64,000 bases of DNA. It comes from an uncultured Spirochaetota bacterium (GTDB taxonomy: Bacteria; Spirochaetota; Brevinematia; Brevinematales; JAOACQ01). The first letter of the stretch is position 1, and each line of letters starts with the position of its first letter. The notes under the pieces were generated by a model. It was not told the origin of the DNA, made no database searches, and worked only from the letters and a program-made list of their open reading frames with translations. The translations under genes were made by a program, and so were the position numbers. Location of the stretch: contig CAVYGN010000001.1 of assembly GCA_963768055.1 (NCBI GenBank), positions 1,696,001 through 1,760,000 of the forward strand. The letters run 5' to 3'. Positions 26,321 to 37,614 of the stretch are shown here, piece after piece.

Positions 26321-28500
26321 ATGAGAATTTTTATCCGGCTCGCTCTGGTTCTGGCGGCGATGACGGTATTTCTCCCTTCGGAAGGAGCATGTTCTCCTGT
26401 TAAAACAAAGAAGGTCCTTGTGCTTTTTTCTTTCGATTACGGTATACATTTCCAGGAATTGTTTAAAAAAGGCCTGGAGGAAAAGATGCAGTCCTCCTCC
26501 TCCTTCGGAGACTATGAGGTCGATTTTTTTTATGAATACCTCGATCTGGATAAATATTCAGGCCCTGCTTTTTCCAAAAATCTGGTTTCTATTTTGAGAT
26601 CGAAATATCTTTCAAATAAGCCCGATCTGGTAATCGCCTTTTTTAAACCGGCCCTGGATCTGGTCCTTAATTACGGGAATTATATCGGGTTAAACGGACC
26701 CTATATCTACTGTACAAGCAGTTATACCAAAACACGGACCAGCGATGTTCTAACTATACTGGCTGAAGCCGATTTCAAGGGCACGGCGGACCTGGCGCTG
26801 CGGCTCCTTCCCGGAACAAGGCATATAGCTGTAAGCTCGGGAACTACCGTTAGCGAAAAGGAATACTCGGAAAGGATGGCGCATGATTTATCGAACCTGG
26901 ATAAAAATATCGATATCATATGGCTGACAAACGTCACCCGCGACGAGCTTTTAAACCGTGTGGCAAAATTGCCCATGATTCTTTTATCCTGTCTGCGAGT
27001 TTTATGCGGGACAGCGACGGGCTGTCGTACAGCCCGTCAGGCATATTGCGTCTTATCCATTCCAGGAGCCCTGTCCCGTTGTTCACCGCTTCGGACGCCA
27101 CTATGGGGACAGGTACGACTGGCGGGGTGATGATCAGCTATGAACAGATGGGAAATACAGCAGCTTACGCCGGACTGCGCGTCCTGAAAGGGGATAAAAT
27201 ATCAGATATAAATATCGAAGGAATGATAAAACACTCGATCCTGTTCGACTGGAGGGAATTGAAACGATGGGGTATTCCTGAAAATAAACTGGCCCCGGGA
27301 AGCATAGTAATGTTCAGGGAAAACACCTTCCTGGAAAAATACTTTCTTGGAATAGCCGCCGTTACCGCTCTCGTACTCGTCGAAAGCCTGCTGGTAATCC
27401 TTCTTTTGATAAATTTTGTAAAGAGAAAATACGCCCAGCAGACCCTTAAAGAAAGCGAGGATAGGTACCGGAGGATTATCGACGAAGCTTTCGAAGGCAT
27501 CTGTGTCACGGATGAGGCAGGCTGTGTTATAAACTGGAACAATTCGCTTGAAAAAATATCAAGAATAAATACGGCGGATGTTATAGGGCGCATGGTCTGG
27601 GACGTGGTTTTCTCATTATTCGGGTTTGAAAAAAGAACTCCGAAGGCTTTTGAAAACTTTAAAAAAAGCATTATAACAAGGCTTCAAAGTGGAAAATCAG
27701 TCCCCGTAAACAGGACTTTTGCTTATGAATTAATTTTTAAAGATGGTAAAAAACTGGACCTGGAATTCAGGCTATATTATCTTCCTACCGGAAAAGGAAA
27801 TATCCTGACATGCATCGTCGACGATATTACGGAAAGAAAGCTTTCCGAGAAAAAAATACAGGACGCCCTGGAAGAAAAAGAAGCGCTTTTAAGGGAGCTT
27901 TATCACCGAACTAAAAACAATATGCAGGTTATAAGCAGCCTTATGAACCTGGAAGCAAGTTTTTTTAAAGACCCTGACCTCAAAAACGTTTTCAGGGAAA
28001 TGGAAAACCGCATTCATTCCATGTCCCTTGTCCACCAGAAACTATACCAGTCCAAGGACCTGTCCAGGGTCTATTTAAAGGAATACATCGATGAACTTGT
28101 TGCCCGACTCAAATCGGATTTCGGTCCGACAGCGCAAAAAGTCGAACTCCATCTTGACATAGAAAATCTGTCCCTGCCCATTGATTCGGCCATCCCGTTC
28201 GGATTGATACTTAATGAGCTTGTATCAAATTCATACAAGCATGCTTTTCCCAGGAACAGGAGGGGCGATATCAATATCTCGCTGCATAAATCCCCGAACG
28301 GCGCGATTGACCTTACCGTTTCCGATAACGGAATAGGCGTGGATGACGGCTATGATTTCAGGGAAAACAGCAGGATGGGCCTCAGGAGCGTCTTCTGGAT
28401 AGGCGAACAGCAGCTCCGGGGCGCGGTTATTTTTAACTCCGGACCCGGCGTAAAATGCAATGTCTGTTTCAGCGAAATCAAGGTCAACTCAAGGGGTTAG
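26321..28500 (+). pseudogene. Frameshifted sensor histidine kinase (periplasmic ABC-SBP-like sensor, TM, PAS, HisKA_2/HATPase)
   Basis: Two overlapping ORFs join as ...VAKLP|HDSFIL... if one C is added at CCC 26972-26974. Kinase motifs LRELYHRTKNN, NELVSNSYKHAF, DNGIG. Confidence 0.8.
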
Positions 28501-28601
28501 GCTGGCGGGATATCCCCGGGACATTTTGCGGTAAGTTGCAATATCTGCTATAATTTTGCCGATCTAACATATTAACCGAAATACATATAAAAGGAACGGC
28601 A

Positions 28602-29660
28602 ATGGAAACAGGTCTTATCGGCTTGCCTCTCTCGGGAAAAACGACTATTTTCAATTCCCTGACAGGTAAAAACGCTTCGCTGTCTGCATATTCCGGAGGG
28701 AAAAAAGAAAAGAACATAGCTGAAATAAACGTGCCGGACAGCAGGGTCGATGTTCTGACTAAAATATTCAAGCCGAGAAAAACAATTTTTGCGACCGTGA
28801 CTTTTGAAGACCTTCAGATCGAGCTTTCCGAAGAAAAGGGGGGAGGGCTATCGCCCTCATCTATGGCCGATATCAGGAACCTCAGTGCTGTCGTCATTGT
28901 GATCAGGTCTTTCCTTAACGAAGCTATCCCTCACCCTTTTGATAAAATTGACCCGGCTGCTGATCTGAAAAAAATCCTGGATTCCCTTATTTACAGCGAC
29001 TATGAAATGATCGAGAAAAGGAAAGAAAGATTGAACAGGGAAGCGAAAAAATCTACACGGGAATACCTGCTTTTAGAAAGGATGTCGGAAACATTGTTAT
29101 CCGGTTCTCTTATCGGCGTTGATTTTTTATCGGAAGAGGACTCCCGGCTCTTTGCCGGCATCAACTTCATCACGACAAAACCTATTATAGTCATAATAAA
29201 TAGTGGCGAATCAAACGCAGACACCGGCGGTCTCGGGGATATGGCTGAAAATTATAAAATAACTGTTTTCCCGCTCAGGGGCGATCTTGAAATGGAAATA
29301 TCCCAGCTTCCAAGGGAGGACCAGAAGGATTTTCTGATAGATATGGGATTTTCCGAACCCGCGATGGACCGTTTTCTTCAATATATATACAAAACATTAA
29401 ACCTTATTTCTTTTCTTACGGTCGGGGAGGATGAGGTAAGGGCATGGAGCATTCCAGGCGGATTTAATGCGCAGAAAGCGGCGGGAAGGATCCATACGGA
29501 TCTTGAAAAGGGTTTCATCCGGGCCGAAGTCGTATCGTTTGAGGATCTTGCCGCCTGCGGAAGCCTTCAGGAAGCGAAAAAAACAGGCAAACTCAGACTC
29601 GAAGGCAAAGAATATGCAGTAAAAGACGGCGACGTGATAAACATTCTATTCAATGTTTGA
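28602..29660 (+). CDS. ychF: YchF/Obg-like ATPase (divergent)
   Basis: GLPLSGKTT P-loop, VPDSRVD, C-term FLTVGEDEVRAW..IHTDLEKGFIRAE..EGKEY.VKDGD (TGS domain). Confidence 0.85.
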   Translation: METGLIGLPLSGKTTIFNSLTGKNASLSAYSGGKKEKNIAEINVPDSRVDVLTKIFKPRKTIFATVTFEDLQIELSEEKGGGLSPSSMADIRNLSAVVIVIRSFLNEAIPHPFDKIDPAADLKKILDSLIYSDYEMIEKRKERLNREAKKSTREYLLLERMSETLLSGSLIGVDFLSEEDSRLFAGINFITTKPIIVIINSGESNADTGGLGDMAENYKITVFPLRGDLEMEISQLPREDQKDFLIDMGFSEPAMDRFLQYIYKTLNLISFLTVGEDEVRAWSIPGGFNAQKAAGRIHTDLEKGFIRAEVVSFEDLAACGSLQEAKKTGKLRLEGKEYAVKDGDVINILFNV

Positions 29661-29829
29661 TATCAGAAACAACAAAAATAATTCCAAAACCTTTTGACAA
29701 TAAACAGCATTTTGCATATTTTATAATAAGTGCAATTCTGTTAATTCAAGAATTGCCCTTTGAAATAGAAATTTTTGTTTATTCTTTATATTTGCATAGA
29801 AATCATTATTAGCGATTTACGAGGGCATT

Positions 29830-30783
29830 ATGATTTTATCACTTATACCGCCCAAGATCATACCGCGGGAATTTTTTGACCGGTTCGAAAAATTAATTGG
29901 TGAAAAGATCCTCTCATTGCCGGGTTCGGGAGAAGCGGCCGATAATAAATTGCTTGATCAGGTCGATATTCTGATCATTTTCGGAAGGATGGGCAGAGAG
30001 GCCCTGATTAATTACCCGGCTTTAAAATGGGTTTTCAGCATCAGCGCCGGCGTGGAAAAGATTCCTTTTGAAGAATTGAAAAGTAAAGGCGTGATTGTCT
30101 CAAATACAAGGGGAATACATGGCGAACAGATGGCTGAGCATGTCATCGGTTTCATATTATCATTTTCGCGGCAGCTTGCCGTTGCCAGGGATAACCAGCG
30201 CCTGAGAAAATGGTTCCAGGCGCTCCCGGTCTATGAACTTCCGGAAAAGAAACTCCTCATAATCGGGGCGGGAAGCATAGGCAGGGAGATTGCAAGGAAA
30301 GCCTCGGTCTTCGATATGAATATCACCGGGATTAGAAAGAATCCGGAAAACCTTGATAATTTTAACAGTATAGCGGGTCCGGACCTGCTTTATGAGAAGC
30401 TTGGAGAGGCTGATTTCGTTGTCCTTGTCACACCGCTTACGGATGAAACCTATCATATAATGGGGGCCGCCGAATTCAAGGCCATGAAAAAGGAATCATA
30501 TTTCATAAATATTTCCAGGGGCGATACTGTTGACGAAACTGCGCTGATAGAGGCTCTAAGGGCAGGCACGATAGCGGGGGCCGCTCTTGATGTATTTCAT
30601 ACCGAGCCTCTTCCGGCGAACAGCCCTCTCTGGGGAATGGAAAATGTGATCATCACCCCCCATAACTCCGGGATCAGCCCTCTTTATATGGACAAAACCT
30701 TCGAAATATTCCGGAAGAGCCTTTCCCTTTTCCGCGAGGGTAAACTACCGTTGAACATTATCGATCTGGACAGGAAATATTAA
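29830..30783 (+). CDS. D-2-hydroxyacid dehydrogenase
   Basis: SAGVE, GAGSIG, INISRG, ALDVF..EPLP, ITPHNS. Confidence 0.92.
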   Translation: MILSLIPPKIIPREFFDRFEKLIGEKILSLPGSGEAADNKLLDQVDILIIFGRMGREALINYPALKWVFSISAGVEKIPFEELKSKGVIVSNTRGIHGEQMAEHVIGFILSFSRQLAVARDNQRLRKWFQALPVYELPEKKLLIIGAGSIGREIARKASVFDMNITGIRKNPENLDNFNSIAGPDLLYEKLGEADFVVLVTPLTDETYHIMGAAEFKAMKKESYFINISRGDTVDETALIEALRAGTIAGAALDVFHTEPLPANSPLWGMENVIITPHNSGISPLYMDKTFEIFRKSLSLFREGKLPLNIIDLDRKY

Positions 30784-30808
30784 GGCGGGTACATTTGGAG
30801 GAGCGGCC

Positions 30809-31372
30809 ATGTACATCGATACTTTGAGCGTAATCAAGAACAGGAGAAGTATAAGGAACTTTAAAACTGACCAGATCGCCGAAAAAGATCTGCAGGCGGT
30901 TCTTGAAGCGGGTTTATACGCCCCAAGCGCAAGGAACGAACAGCCATGGCATTTTACTGTTATCCAGAAGAGGTCCCTTCTCGACCAGTTGACAAAATTG
31001 GCGAAAGAAGCCTTAAATCATACCGATCTGGATTTTTTGCAGAGAATCCTTCAAGACGCCGACTTCGATTTCTTTTATCATGCGCCTACGGTGGTAATAA
31101 TTTCCGGCGATAAAAACGCAATGTCCCCCCATGCCTCATGCGCTGCCGCGGCGGAGAACATCCTTATCGCCGCCGAATCGATCGGCCTGGGGTCATGCTG
31201 GATAAGCATGCCTGTAAGAATGATCAACAGTGAAGCCGGAGAATATTACAAAAAAGACCTGGAAATACCCGAGGATTTCTTACCTCTTTATTCAGTCGCA
31301 TTGGGTTACAAGGGCAATACCATCACCGAAGCCCCTCCCCGCAGGGCCAATACGATAAATTATGTAAGGTAG
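30809..31372 (+). CDS. Nitroreductase family protein
   Basis: RRSIRNF, APSARNEQPWHF, GLGSCW. Confidence 0.92.
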   Translation: MYIDTLSVIKNRRSIRNFKTDQIAEKDLQAVLEAGLYAPSARNEQPWHFTVIQKRSLLDQLTKLAKEALNHTDLDFLQRILQDADFDFFYHAPTVVIISGDKNAMSPHASCAAAAENILIAAESIGLGSCWISMPVRMINSEAGEYYKKDLEIPEDFLPLYSVALGYKGNTITEAPPRRANTINYVR

Positions 31373-31564
31373 GGCCGTTCAAACAACACTCAGCTTGTAT
31401 GGAGTCAATTTTTATCTCGCTACCCACACCCCGCCGGGTCGGGATAAACCCTTACAGGATAATCACTGCGTTCAAAATGACATCTTGACTTTTTCTGTCC
31501 TATTATTATTTTTTAATTATATATACTTGTTATTTGAGTTAATAATAAAAATTGGAGGTTTTGT

Positions 31565-32452
31565 ATGATAAGCAAAGATGATAAACTTATTTTAGTAACC
31601 GGTGCGACGGGCCGGCAGGGTCATGAGGTCGTATGCAGCCTATTGCAGAACGGGTGGAAGGTGAGCGCATTCACCAGAGGCCATTCCCAAAAGGCGATGG
31701 GTGATTTAAGGGATATGGGCTCAGGAATTGTAATCGGCGATATGGAGGATAAATCATCCCTTGACAGCGCAACGAAGGGAGTTTATGGCGTTTTCCTTGT
31801 GACTGCTTCTATGGAAGGCGGAGTCGCCGGAGAGGTAAAGAGGGGTAAAATGGTCGCTGCCGCAGCGAAAGCGGCCGGGGTAAAACACTTTGTATTCTCC
31901 TCGGTCGGGGCGTCGGAAAGGAATACCGGTATTCCATTTTTTGAAAGCAAAAGGGAGATAGAGATCTATATAAAGACAATCGGGCTTTCATTTACTATCT
32001 TCAGGCCGGTTTCGTTTATGCCCAATTATGAAGAACCGCATACACGGGATTCCATCCTGGGGGGTAAATTCAGGTCGCCTTATCCGGAAAATACAAGGGT
32101 CCAGCTTCTTGCGCTCGAAGATCTGGGAGCTTTTGCTAATATAGCCCTGGAAAATCCCGTAGAATATATCGGTAAGGAGATAGAACTGGCCAGCGACGAA
32201 TTGACGATAAGTCAGGTTGCAGATTCATTTTCAATGATCCTTGGGCAGACGGTCAGGTATGAGAATATACCCCTTGAGGATATAAGAAAACAAATGGGCG
32301 ACGATTATTATAAAATGACCAAGTGGGGCATTGAAAACGGCTTCAAAGCCGATATCGGGTCTTTGAAAAAAATCTACCCGAAGCTTACATCCTTCGACAG
32401 CTGGCTTCGTAAACATGAATGGAACAGGCTGAGAATCTATAGAGCAGCATAA
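31565..32452 (+). CDS. NmrA/HSCARG family atypical SDR
   Basis: VTGATGRQG, GVKHFVFSSV, FESK..IE, RPVSFM. Confidence 0.9.
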   Translation: MISKDDKLILVTGATGRQGHEVVCSLLQNGWKVSAFTRGHSQKAMGDLRDMGSGIVIGDMEDKSSLDSATKGVYGVFLVTASMEGGVAGEVKRGKMVAAAAKAAGVKHFVFSSVGASERNTGIPFFESKREIEIYIKTIGLSFTIFRPVSFMPNYEEPHTRDSILGGKFRSPYPENTRVQLLALEDLGAFANIALENPVEYIGKEIELASDELTISQVADSFSMILGQTVRYENIPLEDIRKQMGDDYYKMTKWGIENGFKADIGSLKKIYPKLTSFDSWLRKHEWNRLRIYRAA

Positions 32453-32487
32453 AATAAAAATTTTCCTTCCCTCACCGGTTTGTCTGG

Positions 32488-34158
32488 CTAGGGACTGGGT
32501 TTCGAATTATATAAATCCTTTTCCCTATCTATAAATTTATGAAATAAGATTTCACGCTTGTCCGGCGCAAGCCTTTTATTTTCTTTAACCAACTGTCCTG
32601 ATGTGAAAAGGAAATACTCCAAAGCACTTTCAGTATTATTATAATTGCTTCCCCTAGCCCTTAAAGCCTTTATCTTTAAAGACATTGCCAGAATCGCAAA
32701 CAAAATTACGCTGATATTTGTAAGCCTTCTCAGCAGGTACTCCATGTCAGGCATATTTTTCATATGTTTTAACAATGCGGATATAAACAGTTTCCGGAAA
32801 GTCAGCGCGTATGACTTCACCTTTCTGAGAGATTTCCTGACGATTCGATCCGGATCGGCTGTGCTCCAAAGCGACAGGGCATAGCGAAGTCCGGCGAGGT
32901 CCAGAAGGCGGAAAGGAAACGGCCTGCCTTTTATAAATACTTTTTTTACGACATTCCGGAGAAGTGAAATCGGGGGATAAATGGAATGTATCTCCGTAGT
33001 GCCTTCGAAAATAGTTGTAACACGGCTGTCCCTCAGCCTTTTTTCATAAGGCTGCGTCTTCAAATAACCGGAACCTCCCGCCGTCTGCATAGCTTCGTAT
33101 AAAGAATTCCAGGCCCTGGTTGTCCCGTAAAGCTTGCAGTGCGCCGTCTCTATCGGGACATATGCCCTGGGATCGGCCTCGAGAAGACCGGCGGTGAGAT
33201 TCGTCATCGCCCAGACGGCTTCGTTTTCCATGAATGCGACAGCAATCTTTTCCTGTATAAGTTCGTATTCGATGATCGGCCTTTCGAATTGAACGCGCGA
33301 CATTGCCCTTTTAAGCATGTCCTGATACGAAGCCTCCAGCGCGCCTGAGGATGAAGCTCCTAGCGCCAGCCTGCCGTAATTCAGAACTTCCATTGCAATT
33401 TTAAATCCGTCTCCCGGATTTCCTATCAGGTTTTCTGCGGGAACCCGGACGTCCTTAAAAAAGATCGATGCTGTGGAACTTGCATCGAGCCCCATTTTTT
33501 CCATATCGGCTCCAATGGACACCCCTTTCCATGACGTTTCAACGATAAAGGCCCCGAGCCGGCCTTTTTTGTTTTTATCCATTTGTGCAAAAACGGTCAG
33601 TCCCCCTGAGTAATTAGCGTTAGTAATGAAAGTTTTAGTTCCGTTCAAAATATAATATTTCCCATCCTCAGCGAGTTCGGCCGTCGTATTGATATTCTTC
33701 GCATCGGAGCCGATCAGCGGTTCTGTAAGAGCGTAACAGAAAATCATGCCGCCTGAAGCGGCCTGCGGCAGGTATTTATTTTTCTGTTCCTCGCTTCCGT
33801 ACAGCTGTATCGCCTTCATGCCAATTGAAAGGTGGGCTATCGAGATAAGCGCAACGGCCGTATCGAATCTTACAATTTCCCTGATTACCGCCAGGTATTG
33901 GCGAAGCGTAAGTCCGACCCCTCCATATTCTCCGGCTATTGTCAGGCCGAAAAAACCTATCTCGCCTAACTTTTTTAACAGCCCGGCGGGGGCCTTGCCC
34001 ATTTTTTCCAGTTCGCCCGGAGGATAAGCCTTACTGACCTCTTCATATTTCCTGACGATGCTTTTCACTTCAGGATCGTCCATCGATGATTCCGAATATT
34101 CCTCTAAATGCATGAATTTACCAAAGTAAAGGTTTTCAAGAAATGAATCGAATTTCAT
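32488..34158 (-). CDS. Acyl-CoA dehydrogenase (ACAD9/VLCAD-like)
   Basis: YALTEP..GSDA, LNGTKTFITN, KMG..ASST, RVQF, GGSGY, IFEGTTEI. Confidence 0.93.
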   Translation of the reverse strand: MKFDSFLENLYFGKFMHLEEYSESSMDDPEVKSIVRKYEEVSKAYPPGELEKMGKAPAGLLKKLGEIGFFGLTIAGEYGGVGLTLRQYLAVIREIVRFDTAVALISIAHLSIGMKAIQLYGSEEQKNKYLPQAASGGMIFCYALTEPLIGSDAKNINTTAELAEDGKYYILNGTKTFITNANYSGGLTVFAQMDKNKKGRLGAFIVETSWKGVSIGADMEKMGLDASSTASIFFKDVRVPAENLIGNPGDGFKIAMEVLNYGRLALGASSSGALEASYQDMLKRAMSRVQFERPIIEYELIQEKIAVAFMENEAVWAMTNLTAGLLEADPRAYVPIETAHCKLYGTTRAWNSLYEAMQTAGGSGYLKTQPYEKRLRDSRVTTIFEGTTEIHSIYPPISLLRNVVKKVFIKGRPFPFRLLDLAGLRYALSLWSTADPDRIVRKSLRKVKSYALTFRKLFISALLKHMKNMPDMEYLLRRLTNISVILFAILAMSLKIKALRARGSNYNNTESALEYFLFTSGQLVKENKRLAPDKREILFHKFIDREKDLYNSKPSP

Positions 34159-36308
34159 TGATAGAACCTCCCTTTTTTTCCTTGCAATTCAAGAATCAGG
34201 GGGGCGCTTTTAAAGCGCTGTCCGAAACTCTCTTCAAGTTCCCGGAGCCTTGCGGAAATCCTGTCGACACCCATTTCATCGGCGGTGCGCAGGAGCCCTC
34301 CCCTGAAGGGAGGAAAACCGGTGCCTAAAATCAGGGCCATATCCAGAAACCCAGGGTTTTCAACAATTTTTTCACCGAGGCAGTAAGCGGCCTCGTTAAT
34401 CATCCTGAGAATGCATCGTTCGGCTATTTCATCCCCGGTTACTTTGTTATTTCTATCTATCCCCATTTCTTTCAGTATTTCATATATTATCGGGTTAGGC
34501 TTTTTTCTGCCGTTGTCATAAAGGTAAAAACCGGATTTCCCGGCCCTGCCGATGAGCTCGTTCCTTAAAACAAATTCAGGCATTAATCTACTTTTGACGG
34601 CCCGGTCGGGATAAGCGTTCTCGAGTATTATCGCAACCTTGATCGCCGTCCTGATCCCTATCTCATCCATAAGTGTAAAGGGGCCCATCGGCATACCGTA
34701 ATTATAGACCGACGAATCGATCTTATTGAATTCAATCCCCTCCTCCATCATCATTACCGCTTCCGAAAGGTAAGCCATGAGTATCCTGTTCACAAGGAAA
34801 CCGCTGGAATCCGATACCAGGACCGGAATCTTTTTCATATATTTCGCCAGGTTTATCATCTTGAACAGGGCAAGGTCGGATGTTTTTTCACCGCGGACAA
34901 CCTCGATCAGGGGCATCCTGTTTACCGGATTGAATAGATGAAAACCAAGGAATCTGTCGGGGTGTTTCAATGCTGCGGACAAATCCCTGATTGAAAATGA
35001 CGATGTGTTAGTGGCTATGACCGTATCTTCTCTGACATGGTCTTCGAGTTCCCTCAGCGTCTTTAACTTTTCATCCTTGTCCTCTATTATGGCCTCTATT
35101 ACAACATCGGTGTTTAAAAACCCCGAGTAATCGACTGTACCTGATACCATCTGCATCTTCAGGCCCGCTTCGCGGTCGTCCAGTTTTCGCCTTTTTTCAA
35201 GCTCGTTGTATATATCTCGGACAGCCTTGAAACCGGCCGCTACGTATTGCCAGGAAATATCTTTCATCCTGACATGGATCCCGGAGTTAGAAAAAAGCCA
35301 TGCGATTGCGCCCCCCATCTTTCCAGCCCCCAGTACGCCAGCTGTTTTTATACGGCTGTTCTCGAGCTTTCCGGCGATTACGGCGGGCGGCTTAAACCCC
35401 TTTTTAAGCTCCTCGTTTAAAAAGTAGATATCTATAAGTTTTTTCGCCTGGGGCGAGGCGGCCAGTTTTGAGAAAGCCCTTCTTTCAGACATAAGCGCAT
35501 AGTTGATTTTTTTATTATAATTTTTAAAGATCGTTTTCAGGGCAAGAAGCGGCGCCTCGTAAAATCCCCTTGTCTTTTTTAAAAGTTCCTTTTTAGCCCT
35601 GCCGTAAATAAATGCCCGTCCGAGAAAGTTATCCTCCATGATCTTTTCAGATAAAGACTTTTTTTGTTTTCTCCCTCTCGTTTTAAACTTTTTAAAAGAA
35701 AGGATCCTTTTAATGAATTCGTTTGTCTTATCATCGAGGAAGGCCTCCGGATAGAGTGCGTCGGCAAGGCCGTAACGAAGGGCCTCTTTTCCGCTTACGC
35801 TCCTTCCGGGAAGTATCATGCCTATTCCCTTCACCAGGCCTATCAGCCTGGGAAGCCTGTAAGAGCCCCCGAAACCGGGCATAATTCCAAGAGTGGTTTC
35901 AGGCAGGCCGAGCCGGGTCGATGGATTATCGGAAACGATCCGGTAATCGCAAGCCAGCGCGAGTTCCAGGCCTCCGCCGAGGCATGCACCGTTTATCACG
36001 CATACCGTGGCAAAAGGCAGGCCTGCTATTTTATTAAATAATTCCTGGCCGAGCCTGGATTTATCCTCCGCTTCATCCGCTGATTTAATATTTTTTATCT
36101 CCCTGATATCTGCTCCGGCTATGAATACGCCCTTAGCGCTTTTAAATACCAATAATTTTATGCCGATTGAGGATGCGGCTTCCGTTATTATCCCGTCAAG
36201 CGCTTCCATTACGCCGTTTGTAAGGATGTTGACCTTTTCTACCGGATCATTGAAAACTACCTCGGCGATCCCATCGCTTATGACTTTGTAGCTGACGGCG
36301 CTTTCCAT
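34155..36308 (-). CDS. Fatty acid oxidation complex alpha subunit (enoyl-CoA hydratase / 3-hydroxyacyl-CoA dehydrogenase; FadB/FadJ-like)
   Basis: FIAGADI, CLGGGLELALAC, GLPE..LG..PG.GG, GAGKMG, IEAIIE, ATNTSS, H.FNPV. Confidence 0.94.
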   Translation of the reverse strand: MESAVSYKVISDGIAEVVFNDPVEKVNILTNGVMEALDGIITEAASSIGIKLLVFKSAKGVFIAGADIREIKNIKSADEAEDKSRLGQELFNKIAGLPFATVCVINGACLGGGLELALACDYRIVSDNPSTRLGLPETTLGIMPGFGGSYRLPRLIGLVKGIGMILPGRSVSGKEALRYGLADALYPEAFLDDKTNEFIKRILSFKKFKTRGRKQKKSLSEKIMEDNFLGRAFIYGRAKKELLKKTRGFYEAPLLALKTIFKNYNKKINYALMSERRAFSKLAASPQAKKLIDIYFLNEELKKGFKPPAVIAGKLENSRIKTAGVLGAGKMGGAIAWLFSNSGIHVRMKDISWQYVAAGFKAVRDIYNELEKRRKLDDREAGLKMQMVSGTVDYSGFLNTDVVIEAIIEDKDEKLKTLRELEDHVREDTVIATNTSSFSIRDLSAALKHPDRFLGFHLFNPVNRMPLIEVVRGEKTSDLALFKMINLAKYMKKIPVLVSDSSGFLVNRILMAYLSEAVMMMEEGIEFNKIDSSVYNYGMPMGPFTLMDEIGIRTAIKVAIILENAYPDRAVKSRLMPEFVLRNELIGRAGKSGFYLYDNGRKKPNPIIYEILKEMGIDRNNKVTGDEIAERCILRMINEAAYCLGEKIVENPGFLDMALILGTGFPPFRGGLLRTADEMGVDRISARLRELEESFGQRFKSAPLILELQGKKGRFYQ

Positions 36309-37603
36309 TATGAAACCTCCAGCAGAAGGGCCGCACCCTGTCCACCGCCCACGCAGAGGGTGGCAAGCCCGGTATTTTTTCCCCTTCTTTTTAATTCCTT
36401 CAGGGTATGTATTACAAGCCTTGTTCCCGTCATTCCGACAGGATGGCCCAGCGCTATCGCGCCTCCGTTGACGTTAAAGATGTCGCGTTTAAGTTCACCG
36501 AGTTCATCGGCCCGGCCGAGGAATTTTTTCGCGAATTCTTTTGAAGAAAAAGCTATTTCGTTTGCTATGATCTGTGCGGCGAAGGCTTCGTTTATCTCTA
36601 TAAGTTCAAAATCCTTCATACTTACATGGGTTTTTTCAACGAGCTTTGAAACAGCGTATGCCGGCCCCAGCCCCATCCTCTCCGGTTCAAGGGACGCATA
36701 GGCGTATTCCCTGAGAAACCCCAATGGAGTCAGGCCCCTTTCCTTCGCTTTTTTTTCGCTCATAACTACCACTGCCGCGGCGCCGTCCGTCAGAGGGCAG
36801 GAATTTCCTACCGTAACAGTGCCGTTATACCGGTCGAAATATGGTTTGAGCCTGGCGAGAGCTTCCAGAGTCTGGTTTTCCCTTGGGCCGCTGTCTGTCG
36901 TTATTACTGTTTTATAGTCCGGAGGCATTGGAATGGGAACGATCTCTTCATTCATTATTCCCTCTTTTATAGCCCTCACCGCCCTTTGATGGCTCAAGAG
37001 GGCGAATTCGTCCTGGGCCTTCCGGGTAATGTGAAATTCCCTGGCGAGAACTTCCGCCGTCGAACCCATTATAAGCCCGCTGACAGGGTCCGTAAGGCCC
37101 TGGATCACGCCGATATCAGGACGTAAAAAAGAAGGCCGGAAACTCAGGAATACACCGAGTTTTTGATAAATTGTTTTCGACTTTGCAAGCGAATTGAAAA
37201 ACCCGGCCATTTTTCCGTTAAAAAGATACGGAATATTGCTCATCGATTCCGTCCCGCCGGCCACTATTATAGAGGCCTCTCCTGCCAGTATTTTATTGGC
37301 GGCGGTCGTGATGGACTCCATGCCGGAAGCGCAGTTCCTGTGCACCGTGTAAGCAGGAACGCTGACCGGCAGGCCTGCTTTTAAAGCCGCTACGCGCGAT
37401 ATATTAGCCGCTGTAGCCGGCTGGGCGACATTTCCCAGTATCAGCTCATCGATTTCACCGGGCATGATTTCGGACCTGTAAAGCACTTCTTTTATAACCG
37501 AAACAGCCAGATCGTCGGCGCTTATGCTCTTAAGCCTTCCTCCGGCTTTATCCATCGGGGTTCTCACCCCGTCTATTATCGCAATCCTCTGGTTCATTGT
37601 CAT
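36308..37603 (-). CDS. Acetyl-CoA C-acyltransferase (thiolase; FadA/FadI-like)
   Basis: VHRNCASG, INEAFA, NGGAIALGHP, LCVGGGQG. Confidence 0.95.
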   Translation of the reverse strand: MTMNQRIAIIDGVRTPMDKAGGRLKSISADDLAVSVIKEVLYRSEIMPGEIDELILGNVAQPATAANISRVAALKAGLPVSVPAYTVHRNCASGMESITTAANKILAGEASIIVAGGTESMSNIPYLFNGKMAGFFNSLAKSKTIYQKLGVFLSFRPSFLRPDIGVIQGLTDPVSGLIMGSTAEVLAREFHITRKAQDEFALLSHQRAVRAIKEGIMNEEIVPIPMPPDYKTVITTDSGPRENQTLEALARLKPYFDRYNGTVTVGNSCPLTDGAAAVVVMSEKKAKERGLTPLGFLREYAYASLEPERMGLGPAYAVSKLVEKTHVSMKDFELIEINEAFAAQIIANEIAFSSKEFAKKFLGRADELGELKRDIFNVNGGAIALGHPVGMTGTRLVIHTLKELKRRGKNTGLATLCVGGGQGAALLLEVS

Positions 37604-37614
37604 GCTCCCTTATT

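Noticed and set aside
26960..26985. Programmed ribosomal frameshift in the histidine kinase
   Set aside because: No X XXY YYZ slippery site or obvious stimulatory structure. Mutation or sequencing error is simpler.
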